A stretch of DNA of 64,000 bases from a virus: positions 64,001 to 128,000 of IMG/VR virus record IMGVR_UViG_3300023202_000336, one strand, 5' to 3'. Within the stretch, counting starts at the first letter, position 1. Each line of letters starts with the position of its first letter. The notes beneath the pieces were generated by a model. The model worked only from the letters and a program-made list of their open reading frames with translations, did not search any database and was not told the DNA's origin. Positions 45,646 through 54,932 of this stretch are shown here, in pieces. The translations under genes were made by a program, and so were the position numbers.

Positions 45646-46229
45646 TTAGATATGCCCGCTCAGAGGCTTCGTATCTGAGACGAGGCGCGTGATCTCGAAC
45701 TCCTGGAGTATCCGCGTCGCTTATGCCCGCTCAGAGGCTTCGTATCTGAGACTGGGGCCTGCCAAACCACGCCCGCTTATGCCCGCTCAGAGGCTTCGTA
45801 TCTGAGACAGCGCTAGGTGAAGGCTGGCGGGGATGCCACGACCGTTTATGCCCGCTCAGAGGCTTCGTATCTGAGACGGATCGTTTTGGTGGTATCCCGC
45901 TTATGCCCGCTCAGAGGCTTCGTATCTGAGACGCCAATCCATCCAGGTACCCGCTGATGCCCGCTCAGAGGCTTCGTATCTGAGACTAGGCGCGTGATCT
46001 CGAACTCCTGGAGTATCCGCGCCGCTTATGCCCGCTCAGAGGCTTCGTATCTGAGACCCGCCTCGAGCACCCGTTTCGGGGGCGTTGATATCCCGCTTAT
46101 GCCCGCTCAGAGGCTTCGTATCTGAGACGACCACGCCTGCCGTCTCCGCGAACTCGGCTTCGCCCGCTGATGCCCGCTCAGAGGCTTCGTATCTGAGACG
46201 CCAATCCATCAAAGCCTCGTACCTGAGAC
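45646..46229 (+). CRISPR. CRISPR array: 9 repeats of 36 nt (CCGCTTATGCCCGCTCAGAGGCTTCGTATCTGAGAC) plus a terminal half-repeat; spacers 35,20,33,19,18,35,35,35,(11) nt
   Basis: Parsed by hand; CTCAGA/TCTGAG hairpin near the 3' end followed by AC, as in Cas12m-type repeats. Confidence 0.95.
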
Positions 46230-46248
46230 ACCAACCAAGGAGAAAACC

Positions 46249-46809
46249 ATGCGTTTAGTCTGTGTTCTACTTTTCGTGTTCGGCCTCTGTGCCGAAGAAA
46301 CCTCCAAACTCCCCAGCACCGCCCAGCGTCTCGTCGATCGCCACGATCACGCGCTGGCCGAACTGCGTGAGCGATACCTCGCCGACGTCGCCGACTTGCG
46401 CGAAGACGTCACCCACGACCTCGAGCGGGAACTCAAGAAGACGACCCGTCGCGGCGACCTGGAAGGGGCCCTCGCGATCAAGGAGAAGATCACCGCGCTC
46501 AAGGAGCAAGAGGAGGCGATCGCTGAAGCGCCGACCGATTTCCTCGGACGTAAGAGGCAACCTGAATTCGTCGGAAACACCTACCGATACAGCTCATGGT
46601 GGGTTCGCTTTGATAAGGACGGGTCGGTGAAGACAAACTGGACTTCCCGCGACCTGAGAGACGGTGAATGGAGGATGGAAGGCGAAGAGATCGTCCTCGA
46701 ATTCAACGGGGAAGAGCACGTGAACCGCGCCTTCATCAACGAGGATGGAGATCTGGATTTTAACGGGGCGCAGCTGTTCCGCCTCGAGGAGAAGGACGAG
46801 GACGAATGA
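46249..46809 (+). CDS. Secreted-type protein, paralog A1 (signal peptide, coiled coil, variable C-terminus)
   Basis: SD AAGGAG; hydrophobic N-terminus; KKTTRRGDLEGALAIKEKI. Confidence 0.75.
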   Translation: MRLVCVLLFVFGLCAEETSKLPSTAQRLVDRHDHALAELRERYLADVADLREDVTHDLERELKKTTRRGDLEGALAIKEKITALKEQEEAIAEAPTDFLGRKRQPEFVGNTYRYSSWWVRFDKDGSVKTNWTSRDLRDGEWRMEGEEIVLEFNGEEHVNRAFINEDGDLDFNGAQLFRLEEKDEDE

Positions 46810-47496
46810 TCCTGATCCTGGATCAGTCGCCAGGAAAGGCGGCGAAGGCATACGCAGACAACGACCTCGTGGAGGAAGAACCGTGCGAATTCTGATGGCT
46901 ACGCTATTCTTGTTGCCGACCCTCTCCCTGTCCTCCGAGGAGGAGCAGGACCCGATGCCCGCGTCTGCCAAACGGACCGTGGCCCAGCACGATCGCGAGG
47001 TGCAGCGCCTCAAAGAACGCTACCTGTCCGACCTCGCCGAAATCCGCGAAGACACCCTTCGCGACCTCGAGCGTGACATGGAAAAGACGACCCGTCGCGG
47101 CGACCTCGAAGGGGCCCTTGCGATCAAGGAGAAGATCACTGCGCTCGAGGAGCAAGAAGAAGAGATCGCTGAGGCACCGACGGATTTCCTCGGGAACGCG
47201 AAGAAGCCGTTTTTTGCTGGTAGAACTTTTAACCATGTGCGCGGTGGTGGTTACCATATCGCATTTTCGGAGGATGGAACGTTGACGACGACGAACTGGG
47301 GCCACAGGTACAACGTCGGCGAATGGACCTTTGAGGACGGAACTATCCACATGGTTTTCGAGAACGGCGGTAACCCACATGAAGCAGAGGTAGATCCAGA
47401 AAACCAGAGGCTCACCTTCATGAACGGTGACGTTTACGTGATCTCGGAAGACAAATGATCCTGATCCTGGATCAGTCGCCAGGAAAGGCGGCGAAG
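46805..47496. repeat. Perfect 43-bp direct repeat (46805-46847 and 47454-47496), equal to the start of gene 47455
   Basis: AATGATCCTGATCCTGGATCAGTCGCCAGGAAAGGCGGCGAAG seen twice. Confidence 0.95.
46883..47458 (+). CDS. Secreted-type protein, paralog A2
   Basis: GTG start after GGAGG; near-identical coiled-coil block to A1, divergent C-terminus. Confidence 0.75.
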   Translation: MRILMATLFLLPTLSLSSEEEQDPMPASAKRTVAQHDREVQRLKERYLSDLAEIREDTLRDLERDMEKTTRRGDLEGALAIKEKITALEEQEEEIAEAPTDFLGNAKKPFFAGRTFNHVRGGGYHIAFSEDGTLTTTNWGHRYNVGEWTFEDGTIHMVFENGGNPHEAEVDPENQRLTFMNGDVYVISEDK

Positions 47497-48012
47497 TGCT
47501 ACGCGGATAGAGATATTTCGAGAGGAGTAAATGACGTTATAGAAGTTCTCGAAAACGTGTACCTTCGCCGCCTTCGGCGCGATTATGATGACTCGTCTCC
47601 ATTCGTATCGTGGTGCGGTCTTACGTATCGTAACTTCATGTGGCTTTATTGGCTCGGTTGGTTTCTCGGCATCGAGTACTTCGTGTTAAAAGATAAAGAT
47701 CATAAAAATTCTCTGAAGCTAGATAGCATCAGAACGGAATACGAAAAGCTATCGAAAGGGATGAAGAGACCGCTTCCTCTTTCGTCGTGGCCTCAATCAC
47801 CGTTACCAGCAAAGTTTCGTATGCCGCTCTCAGAGTCGGATCTTCATCCAGCTTCAAAAGGTGACGCGCATCCAGCCGTGTTCGCCTACAGAAACTACTA
47901 CCAGACGTTTCCGGATCGCGAGTGGAGACGTCGAGAAAAACCGTTGTGGTGGGATCCGGCAAGTGCTGAAGATCCCGACGATTTCACCGAGACGATCATG
48001 GCGGTCGTCTAA
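47455..48012 (+). CDS. Divergent pyrimidine-dimer DNA glycosylase-like family protein
   Basis: MILILDQSP..AA..Y.D, PF..W....NF.WL and AYRNYY resemble the phage family starting MNIF.LD. Confidence 0.5.
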   Translation: MILILDQSPGKAAKCYADRDISRGVNDVIEVLENVYLRRLRRDYDDSSPFVSWCGLTYRNFMWLYWLGWFLGIEYFVLKDKDHKNSLKLDSIRTEYEKLSKGMKRPLPLSSWPQSPLPAKFRMPLSESDLHPASKGDAHPAVFAYRNYYQTFPDREWRRREKPLWWDPASAEDPDDFTETIMAVV

Positions 48013-48024
48013 TTACGCGGAGGA

Positions 48025-48627
48025 ATGATGACGAAAACGCGTAGAAAAATGGTTGAGGTTTTAAATACATCGCTTCTCGATTTGGAAGATCTTGCGCTCA
48101 AAAGATTAGAAGAACGGAAGTTACCGGGTGATCCCAGTATTCCAGACGGTCTCCGTAGAGCTATAGAGGCGTTATCGAGAGCTGATCTGAAACCTGTTAC
48201 TAAGGAGTCGATTTGCGATGCTATGGCAGAATTGGCGCAGTTTCCTATATCAGATCCCGGCTATATAGCCTTCCGTAATAGTAAGTTAGATATAGGGGCA
48301 AGTGTACTCGTTGGTACACCGATTTACGTGAAAGCGAAGCGTAATCCGAATAATCATAATTATGCGACTGGCCACGTGTTTTTTGCAAGTTCAAATATCG
48401 ATAATACTTGGTCGTTAGGTATATTAAACAGCGGCACTATTGGTTTGGGAAATAGTCCTCCCGATTCTTTCGATGGAGTAGAGAGTTATTATCTCAGAAT
48501 AGCTACCGCAGACGAGGTACGTAGGACCATAACCGTTATGGTACAGATTATTAACCGCGAAGCTGTCGAAGTTAAAACCATGGGAATAATAGTAGGTTAC
48601 TTAGATACAGCTTTAAAAGAATTGTAA
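48025..48627 (+). CDS. Hypothetical protein (AT-rich)
   Basis: SD GGAGG, 200-aa ORF. Confidence 0.6.
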   Translation: MMTKTRRKMVEVLNTSLLDLEDLALKRLEERKLPGDPSIPDGLRRAIEALSRADLKPVTKESICDAMAELAQFPISDPGYIAFRNSKLDIGASVLVGTPIYVKAKRNPNNHNYATGHVFFASSNIDNTWSLGILNSGTIGLGNSPPDSFDGVESYYLRIATADEVRRTITVMVQIINREAVEVKTMGIIVGYLDTALKEL

Positions 48628-48641
48628 GCAGTATTCTTTTG

Positions 48642-48677
48642 TTGATTATGCCCGCTTAGGAGTTGCGTATCTGAGAC
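48642..48677 (+). repeat. Solitary CRISPR-repeat variant
   Basis: TTGATTATGCCCGCTTAGGAGTTGCGTATCTGAGAC, same 36-nt register as the array repeat. Confidence 0.85.
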
Positions 48678-48690
48678 AAAGCAACCAACA

Positions 48691-48718
48691 GCGACCCACT
48701 GGGTCGTTTTTCTTTTTT
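48691..48718 (+). terminator. Terminator 13 nt downstream of the solitary repeat
   Basis: GCGACCC-ACT-GGGTCGT then TTTTCTTTTTT. Confidence 0.8.
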
Positions 48719-48733
48719 ACGGGAGGATTACCT

Positions 48734-49378
48734 ATGGCAAGACTGAGCCAAAAAGAAGTCATCAACACGATTCGCGATTGCTACGGCGATTTCGAATCGG
48801 TAAGGGAGGGCGATAACGTCCGGGCCTACATCGGCCCGGATATCGAGGTCGTCGTTCCCCCTGGCGGCCCATTCAAGGACCCCGTCGTGGTCAGCGTTCC
48901 CGAGGAACGTATGCACTACGAGTTTCCGATTACCGCGGGTGGCATCGGCGATGCGGTCTTCTTCTTGAGAAAGAAGACCGCATCGCTGAAGGTCAAAGAC
49001 GGCAAGCGGCTCAAGAAAAACGAGCTGATCGCCCGTCGTGCCCTGTGGATGGCCTTCAAGGCCGCAGTCCCGCTCGAGAGCAAAATCCTCCACGTCGAAG
49101 ACGAGGAGGTGCTTTCCGAGAAGGAGCTGTGGAAGAAGGTGCAACCGAGCAGAACCGAAACGAAGTGGTCCATATTTCTCCGGTACCACTTCGGTCGGGC
49201 GCTCAACCTCAGCATCTGCTGGAACCGGGACGAGGTATGGATCGAACCCGACATCCTGACTCCCGGACGGCAGTCCTGGGTGAGTTCGTACAAGAGTGGA
49301 AGGGATCTCATCGCGAAAGCGATCGAATCAATCCGCGACGAGATCAAGGCACTGCGCGGTGCAGTGATTTTCAGGTGA
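48734..49378 (+). CDS. Hypothetical protein
   Basis: SD GGAGG. Confidence 0.65.
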   Translation: MARLSQKEVINTIRDCYGDFESVREGDNVRAYIGPDIEVVVPPGGPFKDPVVVSVPEERMHYEFPITAGGIGDAVFFLRKKTASLKVKDGKRLKKNELIARRALWMAFKAAVPLESKILHVEDEEVLSEKELWKKVQPSRTETKWSIFLRYHFGRALNLSICWNRDEVWIEPDILTPGRQSWVSSYKSGRDLIAKAIESIRDEIKALRGAVIFR

Positions 49379-49380
49379 TC

Positions 49381-50496
49381 ATGAAAGGTTGGAAAGAGCT
49401 ACGGCCGAATGGTCGCCAACTTGCCGAGTACTGCGGAGAAGACGGAATCGGGTTCGACTATATCCGTTTCTCCAAAGGACCCGGCAGAACCGAGGCGAAG
49501 GAATTCGCCTCGGAAGAATCCCTCGCCGAATTCCTCGATTCAGGAGGTTTTACGCGATTTCCCTGCGTGTACGTAAAAGCACGAGGATACAAATCAAAGC
49601 GTAAAGCCAGAGTCCATGTCGGTGAGGGGACGCTCGTGGTAGCCATGGAGAACGGTATCACCGTTTCTCGCATGAGAGTTACCGTGAGCAACAGCTACCA
49701 AGAGGAGAGCTACGTGAGGGACAAAAAAGAGTCTCTGCAGGTGCGCAGAGAAAAAGTTCTCGACCGCTTGAGAGTGGTCGAGGCCAACGAGAGTAATACA
49801 GGCGCTGAATCTGCGTTGGGTTCGCGCTACCGTCATCAACTCAGTGAGATTGAGAAAGCAATTTCACGTGCCGAGGAAAGGGACGAAATGTCCGACATCG
49901 ATAAGACCGAAACCGAGATCGAGAAGACCGAGGTCAGCAAGGCCATCGAACCCCACGAGGAGCAGGAGAAGGCGATCGAGCGCAGCCTCGCGCGTGTCTC
50001 CGCCAGCGACGACGACAAGGGCAAGGCCAAGGAGGCCGAGAAGCCCGCGGACCGCAAGCGTGACCATCGCCCGCGCAATCGTCGTCACGAGATCACGGAT
50101 GAAGATGCGTTCAACTTCATCTTCTACGGCTCGCTGACTCCTCCGAGTACCGAGTACCTCCTCGCCGACGAGGTCCTCGATCGTCACGGCGGCTTCCTCG
50201 ACATCGGCGCCATCAAGCGTCTCATGAAGGCCGGCCGGTGCACCATCTGGCTCAACCCGGATGAAAACCCCGTCGAGCAGCTCGGCGGCGAAAAGGTAAA
50301 ACCCACCTACAACGGGTTCCTGGTCAAGAACGACCACGGGAAGTGGGTCGACCCCGAGTGCCGCGTGAACGGCGTGGTGGTGCGGATGGCCGCGATCGAG
50401 ATCGCCTTCAAATACCGGTACTACGATCGTACCGATACCTACATGATGCAGGTGGACTTCCGCATCCACCGCGCTGCACTCGACGTCGTCGAGTGA
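49381..50496 (+). CDS. Hypothetical protein with probable internal in-frame start at 49888
   Basis: ATG at 49381; second SD-like AGGAAAGGG plus ATG at 49888, where codon bias changes. Confidence 0.55.
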   Translation: MKGWKELRPNGRQLAEYCGEDGIGFDYIRFSKGPGRTEAKEFASEESLAEFLDSGGFTRFPCVYVKARGYKSKRKARVHVGEGTLVVAMENGITVSRMRVTVSNSYQEESYVRDKKESLQVRREKVLDRLRVVEANESNTGAESALGSRYRHQLSEIEKAISRAEERDEMSDIDKTETEIEKTEVSKAIEPHEEQEKAIERSLARVSASDDDKGKAKEAEKPADRKRDHRPRNRRHEITDEDAFNFIFYGSLTPPSTEYLLADEVLDRHGGFLDIGAIKRLMKAGRCTIWLNPDENPVEQLGGEKVKPTYNGFLVKNDHGKWVDPECRVNGVVVRMAAIEIAFKYRYYDRTDTYMMQVDFRIHRAALDVVE

Positions 50497-50540
50497 AGAA
50501 AGAGGGGCCGGCTGTACGGCCGGCCCCTCTTTCTTCTTTA
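50495..50540. terminator. Strong, probably bidirectional terminator
   Basis: 18-bp perfect stem GAAGAAAGAGGGGCCGGC / GCCGGCCCCTCTTTCTTC. Confidence 0.85.
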
Positions 50541-50598
50541 GTTTGGCGGGCGTAATCCCGTCACGGGGTAGTTGTACCCTACAAAAAGGAGGTCGTGT

Positions 50599-51171
50599 AT
50601 GACCATGATAAGAGTGGACGCGACGGATCTCGCGAAAGATCTCGTGAAGGCGGCGTATTCGCATCGCGGGATCATCAGCGAAGGACGTCTCGTCCAGTTT
50701 CGGCTTCTCATCGGGAAAACCGACGTCTCGTTGTCGTCGGTTCTCGAAGAGATAGCCCTCATACCGGGGAACTGGATAGAGGGGAAAGTAACCCCCGAAG
50801 TCGAAGGCAAAGAGAAGTCGGCGCATATGGTCATCAAGATCGTTGCGAACATGATCGGAGCCTACATATCGACGTCGTTCAAGTTCCTGGGAGAAAAGCT
50901 GGAAGCACACAAAAACAATTCAGAAGAAGTCTTCGAAGAGTTCAAGTCGATGAGAAGTCGGCTCCTTCGTGCGTCGAAGCTGATCCAGCCCCTGGTATTT
51001 CTCGATAAGAAGTGGGAGATGGTGGAGCCCCACCATGTCGAAGCAATCGCGGAGAACATCGAAGACGCTCACAAAAGGCTCGGCTCCACCGGTCTTACGA
51101 TGTTCTTGGGTCCGGGGACACTGGACGCAGTCCGCACATGGTACTCCGAACTCGAACTCGAGGAGGAGTAG
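50599..51171 (+). CDS. Hypothetical protein
   Basis: SD AGGAGG, ATG at 50599. Confidence 0.65.
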   Translation: MTMIRVDATDLAKDLVKAAYSHRGIISEGRLVQFRLLIGKTDVSLSSVLEEIALIPGNWIEGKVTPEVEGKEKSAHMVIKIVANMIGAYISTSFKFLGEKLEAHKNNSEEVFEEFKSMRSRLLRASKLIQPLVFLDKKWEMVEPHHVEAIAENIEDAHKRLGSTGLTMFLGPGTLDAVRTWYSELELEEE

Positions 51172-51186
51172 TAGGAGGCACTTTTA

Positions 51187-51882
51187 GTGGATGACGAACC
51201 TCAACCGGAAGGTGTCGAGGTTGAGGTACCCGAGAAGCAGGATGGTCAGCGGTCCCTGAACAGGCACGGCCTGTTCAAACCGTTGACCATCCACTTCAAC
51301 GGTATTTCTGCGGACACCCCTTTACCACGCATACGAGAGCGACTCATATGGTTGAAGGTGTTAATCGAAAATGCCGCGAGGCCTGATAACAATGCCGTTT
51401 ATTCGTTGAAGTTGAAGAGAACGGCAACGATTGATTTCGCTATAAATGCGGTAGAGAGAAAAGCAAAACGTATACATACGCCCCGCAAGACGGCTGAAGG
51501 TTACACGTTGATGAGCAGGTCGGAAGCGTACTATAAGACAGTTGGTTCGGCGATTATGTATCTCGACGCGATGATCAGGTATAACGATTTCGCGCAGCTG
51601 TTAGAAATGATTGATACGCTTCGTCACAATGATCCGTCGGTCCTCGACGAGCTTCCTGAACGTCATTACTCAAAGTACTTTCGGTTCAATAGACCGATAT
51701 ACGGCACCAAATATAAAGAGCTGCACCATAAGTTGTTAAAAGAGAAGGAGTCGTACGAGCGCCGAGCAGCGATATTGGAGGTAATTGGAATTGAGAAGAA
51801 TGCAAAACGCGACACTATCAGAGAGGCCCTCCAGGACATCTTGCCTGAAGGGTTGTCAATCGTTTCGAATGAACCTACGTGA
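51187..51882 (+). CDS. Hypothetical protein
   Basis: SD AGGAGG, GTG start. Confidence 0.65.
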   Translation: MDDEPQPEGVEVEVPEKQDGQRSLNRHGLFKPLTIHFNGISADTPLPRIRERLIWLKVLIENAARPDNNAVYSLKLKRTATIDFAINAVERKAKRIHTPRKTAEGYTLMSRSEAYYKTVGSAIMYLDAMIRYNDFAQLLEMIDTLRHNDPSVLDELPERHYSKYFRFNRPIYGTKYKELHHKLLKEKESYERRAAILEVIGIEKNAKRDTIREALQDILPEGLSIVSNEPT

Positions 51883-52022
51883 GCCCCCTCTTCGTTTCGT
51901 GAATCATTACCCTTGACCCAACAGCGTCGAGGAGTATTGATCTCGGGACGAGAGGAGGCACCAACGGCCTATACGGTCGCGATGCCATCTATCTTATTTT
52001 TTAGCTATCAGTCGGGACCGTC

Positions 52023-52328
52023 GTGAAAACAGTTACAACGCGTATATTAGCCGAAGCGGTGATACTCGATAAGAGCCTCTATCGAGAGATGGGAAGCCCG
52101 TCGAAATTGACGCTGATATATAGCGATGCCGATTTACTGTTGTTTCCCGGATCAACGAAGCAGGTGTACAAGAAGAATAGGTCGATATTAATACCTCTGC
52201 TCGACGAGATAAGAGTCGATGGTGACATCAAGAAAGGCGAATTCGACACTACCGTAGAGTACGCTTGTGGATACCCTATATATAGGGTCAGAGACTGTTT
52301 AACAAAAAGATTTCCTTTTGTTTGCTAG
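52023..52328 (+). CDS. Hypothetical protein
   Basis: GTG-start ORF. Confidence 0.5.
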   Translation: MKTVTTRILAEAVILDKSLYREMGSPSKLTLIYSDADLLLFPGSTKQVYKKNRSILIPLLDEIRVDGDIKKGEFDTTVEYACGYPIYRVRDCLTKRFPFVC

Positions 52329-52340
52329 AAAGGAGCAAAC

Positions 52341-53090
52341 GTGCTAGAATTAGGAGATATCACACTCGCTGTTGATGATAGTAAGCACGCTCTCATTATC
52401 CTCACCGAGAACTTCGATCATGTACCAGAATGGGCACGAACTTCTAAAGAGAACGACAAGGTATCCCTAAATATCAAGGGTGGCCTTGTCGAGTTGGAAG
52501 TCCCATACACAACTCTAAGGCTCGATAGCGATCAGGAAGAGAGTGCGTCAGAGGTGACAGCGCCTCCTCCACCTAATGAGTCGCGCGAAACAGATAAGCC
52601 TAAAAAGAAGAGTAAAAGAAGCGCATATAAGACGCGTTTAAGGGCGACGGCATGGCTCCCCTATTTGAAGGGGGTACTCGCTAAGCACGGGTTTACTTAC
52701 GCGGAAAAGCACGACCACGGCGGAGGCGGTAACCCTAAAATCTGGGAATTCGTCACCGATGGGAAGCGTAAAAATCTTCGGTGTACGGCGTTTACCGAAA
52801 GTCCGAAACGGAAATCAGAGCCTGCGAGGGCTACGCTTAACATCGAGCCTTTCCGTAAGTATAGTGACCTTGTGGACTATTACGCGTTTACATACATGTC
52901 GAAAGAAAAGGTGTATCTCGTCTCGAAGAGTTACATCAATGTAGTAGTCGACGAGCACGTGAAGTCAGTCACCGATAAGCGAGGCGAAGCTCCGGTTACC
53001 TACACCGTCACTCCGCGGCATCTCGACGATATTTGGCTTCGCGAGAGGCGGAAGCCAGCTCATAAGCGCATACTCGAGGTCCTGACGTAG
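52341..53090 (+). CDS. Hypothetical protein
   Basis: SD AAGGAG, GTG start. Confidence 0.6.
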   Translation: MLELGDITLAVDDSKHALIILTENFDHVPEWARTSKENDKVSLNIKGGLVELEVPYTTLRLDSDQEESASEVTAPPPPNESRETDKPKKKSKRSAYKTRLRATAWLPYLKGVLAKHGFTYAEKHDHGGGGNPKIWEFVTDGKRKNLRCTAFTESPKRKSEPARATLNIEPFRKYSDLVDYYAFTYMSKEKVYLVSKSYINVVVDEHVKSVTDKRGEAPVTYTVTPRHLDDIWLRERRKPAHKRILEVLT

Positions 53091-54932
53091 TCATATCGAC
53101 TCGACGAATACCTCAGCGAGCTTCGGCCATCTATTGAGCATGTGATAGATGGCCATCACCCCGAAATTAATGGCGTGTACCACGTCGTCGGTTCTTCTAC
53201 TCATCCGTTTAACGAGTCTCTTCGGAGATCCGCGCGGATTATCGATGGACTCTTCGTAGATGTTAAGGAAGTCACGAAGATGGTCATCGAGGTACTCATC
53301 GTTCTTCGGCAGGAGCACCTGTCCTGACTTGATAAGTTCACAGAGTAGGAGGACCGAGCGTGGTTTGTCGAGTGTAAAGCTCGAACGAGCGCCGATTAGT
53401 TTCGCCGGCTTGTTGTAAAAGACGAGCGGTTTAGTAGTAGCGGTAACGCTATAAGTAAAAGGAATTACTCTTTCAGCCGGCCACCCAGCGGCGTTGAGCA
53501 TCTGCTCCTGAACGTTTCCTTGTCCGCCGTAATCGATAGCTACATATTCGGAATGACTCATACGTGCGACGTTTGCGACGAGTTCCGCTTCGTGTGCATG
53601 ATCTGTCTCATACGGGATCTTATGAAGCCATTTCACTTCTATCACACCCGACGTGAGCACGCCCATCAAGGCGACTGCGGTATTAGATACGAAGTCTTCC
53701 GTATCGGTGGTTTTCTCTTTACCACGTCCGCCCCAGTCAACTCCCACCAGCTGCATGATGTACTGACCGTGAGGCATGTTCTCAGGGTGACACGGTTCGA
53801 CCTTACATGCTTCGCGAATCTGTTCGGCGGTAATAACTTTCGCACCGACGTCGTACGACTCTCCGAGAATCTCGTTATGAAAGACATATGCGGGCTTGTT
53901 CTTCTGAACTTCGAGTATTTCCTGCCACGAATTCGGAGATTCGTAGTGCATAGGAAGGGTCGGTTGTGAGACGTGATATCCTGCGAATTTAGCCCGGCGC
54001 TCGGGAAAATCGTGAACGAAAAATCCGAGCTTACTATTCAGCGGCTTACCGCACTTAGAGCATACGAGCGTCTTGGACCCTAACATCTGAAGCAAGTCAC
54101 CATCGACCGCCGATCGGTTTACACGTTTGCATCCGATTTCCTGACACGGTATATGCCATATCCCTTGAGAAGAGTCCTCCCAGTACAGCTGTATCGGATT
54201 ATCAAATGTTTTCGGCGTACCCGTCATTCGCATGATTTTAAACGGAGACGCACCCATACAGGCTTCGATGATAGGTATGTCCTCGATAGCGAAATCCTGG
54301 GTTTCATCGAGATCTACTTCGTCTGCAGGAACTCCTCGAATGCGGTTCGGATCCCCGTGTGAGTACATGTAGTAAAGATTCGATTCGTTACCAATGCTTC
54401 TCTGTAGTACAGTATCGATGCTTTTATCTCCGATTATGAACCGCTTCGCAGGAGACGTCGAGAGGAACGGTTTCACGTAGTTCTGACTGAATTTACGTAC
54501 CTGCTCGAAGAGAGGCATGACTGTGAGAATGTTGTAGAACGGTTGCGCAGATGCTCTCAGTATCTGAGACGCCGCCATATTTGTACTTTTCGACGTCTGG
54601 CGCCCGGTACGGAAAATCATACGTCTGGGCATATTTTTCAGGCGAAACATCGGTTCGAAGAGAAAATGAGACCACTCGAGAGAGTACGGTTTTCCTCTTA
54701 AACTAAATAACAGCGGGAGCATCTTTGAAAGTGGGCGATCATCGCAGTGGTCGTATTTTTCGAGATACGACTCGACCTGATCCGCGACCTGTAAGGGACT
54801 CCCCGTCATTATGCCGCAACTTTTATTGCACAATTGCGAAAATGCAAGGAGCTTTTCGATGACCAAGCCATTACCCCTTGATGTAACGAAACTTAGGGAT
54901 TTCGTGATAGAATCAAATACGGTCGAAGGCAT
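53091..54932 (-). CDS. terL: Terminase large subunit (true start possibly 54809)
   Basis: GRQTSKST Walker A-like, DEVDLDE Walker B, TGTPKT, CxxxxC/CSKC zinc region, GVDWGG and DDVVHA nuclease motifs. Confidence 0.85.
   Translation of the reverse strand: MPSTVFDSITKSLSFVTSRGNGLVIEKLLAFSQLCNKSCGIMTGSPLQVADQVESYLEKYDHCDDRPLSKMLPLLFSLRGKPYSLEWSHFLFEPMFRLKNMPRRMIFRTGRQTSKSTNMAASQILRASAQPFYNILTVMPLFEQVRKFSQNYVKPFLSTSPAKRFIIGDKSIDTVLQRSIGNESNLYYMYSHGDPNRIRGVPADEVDLDETQDFAIEDIPIIEACMGASPFKIMRMTGTPKTFDNPIQLYWEDSSQGIWHIPCQEIGCKRVNRSAVDGDLLQMLGSKTLVCSKCGKPLNSKLGFFVHDFPERRAKFAGYHVSQPTLPMHYESPNSWQEILEVQKNKPAYVFHNEILGESYDVGAKVITAEQIREACKVEPCHPENMPHGQYIMQLVGVDWGGRGKEKTTDTEDFVSNTAVALMGVLTSGVIEVKWLHKIPYETDHAHEAELVANVARMSHSEYVAIDYGGQGNVQEQMLNAAGWPAERVIPFTYSVTATTKPLVFYNKPAKLIGARSSFTLDKPRSVLLLCELIKSGQVLLPKNDEYLDDHLRDFLNIYEESIDNPRGSPKRLVKRMSRRTDDVVHAINFGVMAIYHMLNRWPKLAEVFVESI

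Noticed and set aside
47179-47189. 11-nt match to the reverse complement of the leader mini-array spacer; similar 10-11 nt matches for spacers 1 and 2 near 40807 and 53358
   Set aside because: Too short given the number of spacers and strands compared; no extension beyond the seed.
54553-54570. GCTCTCAGTATCTGAGAC, matching the 3' end of the CRISPR repeat, inside terL
   Set aside because: Lacks the 5' half and the 7-nt loop register; explained by terminase codons (ASQILRAS) on the opposite strand.
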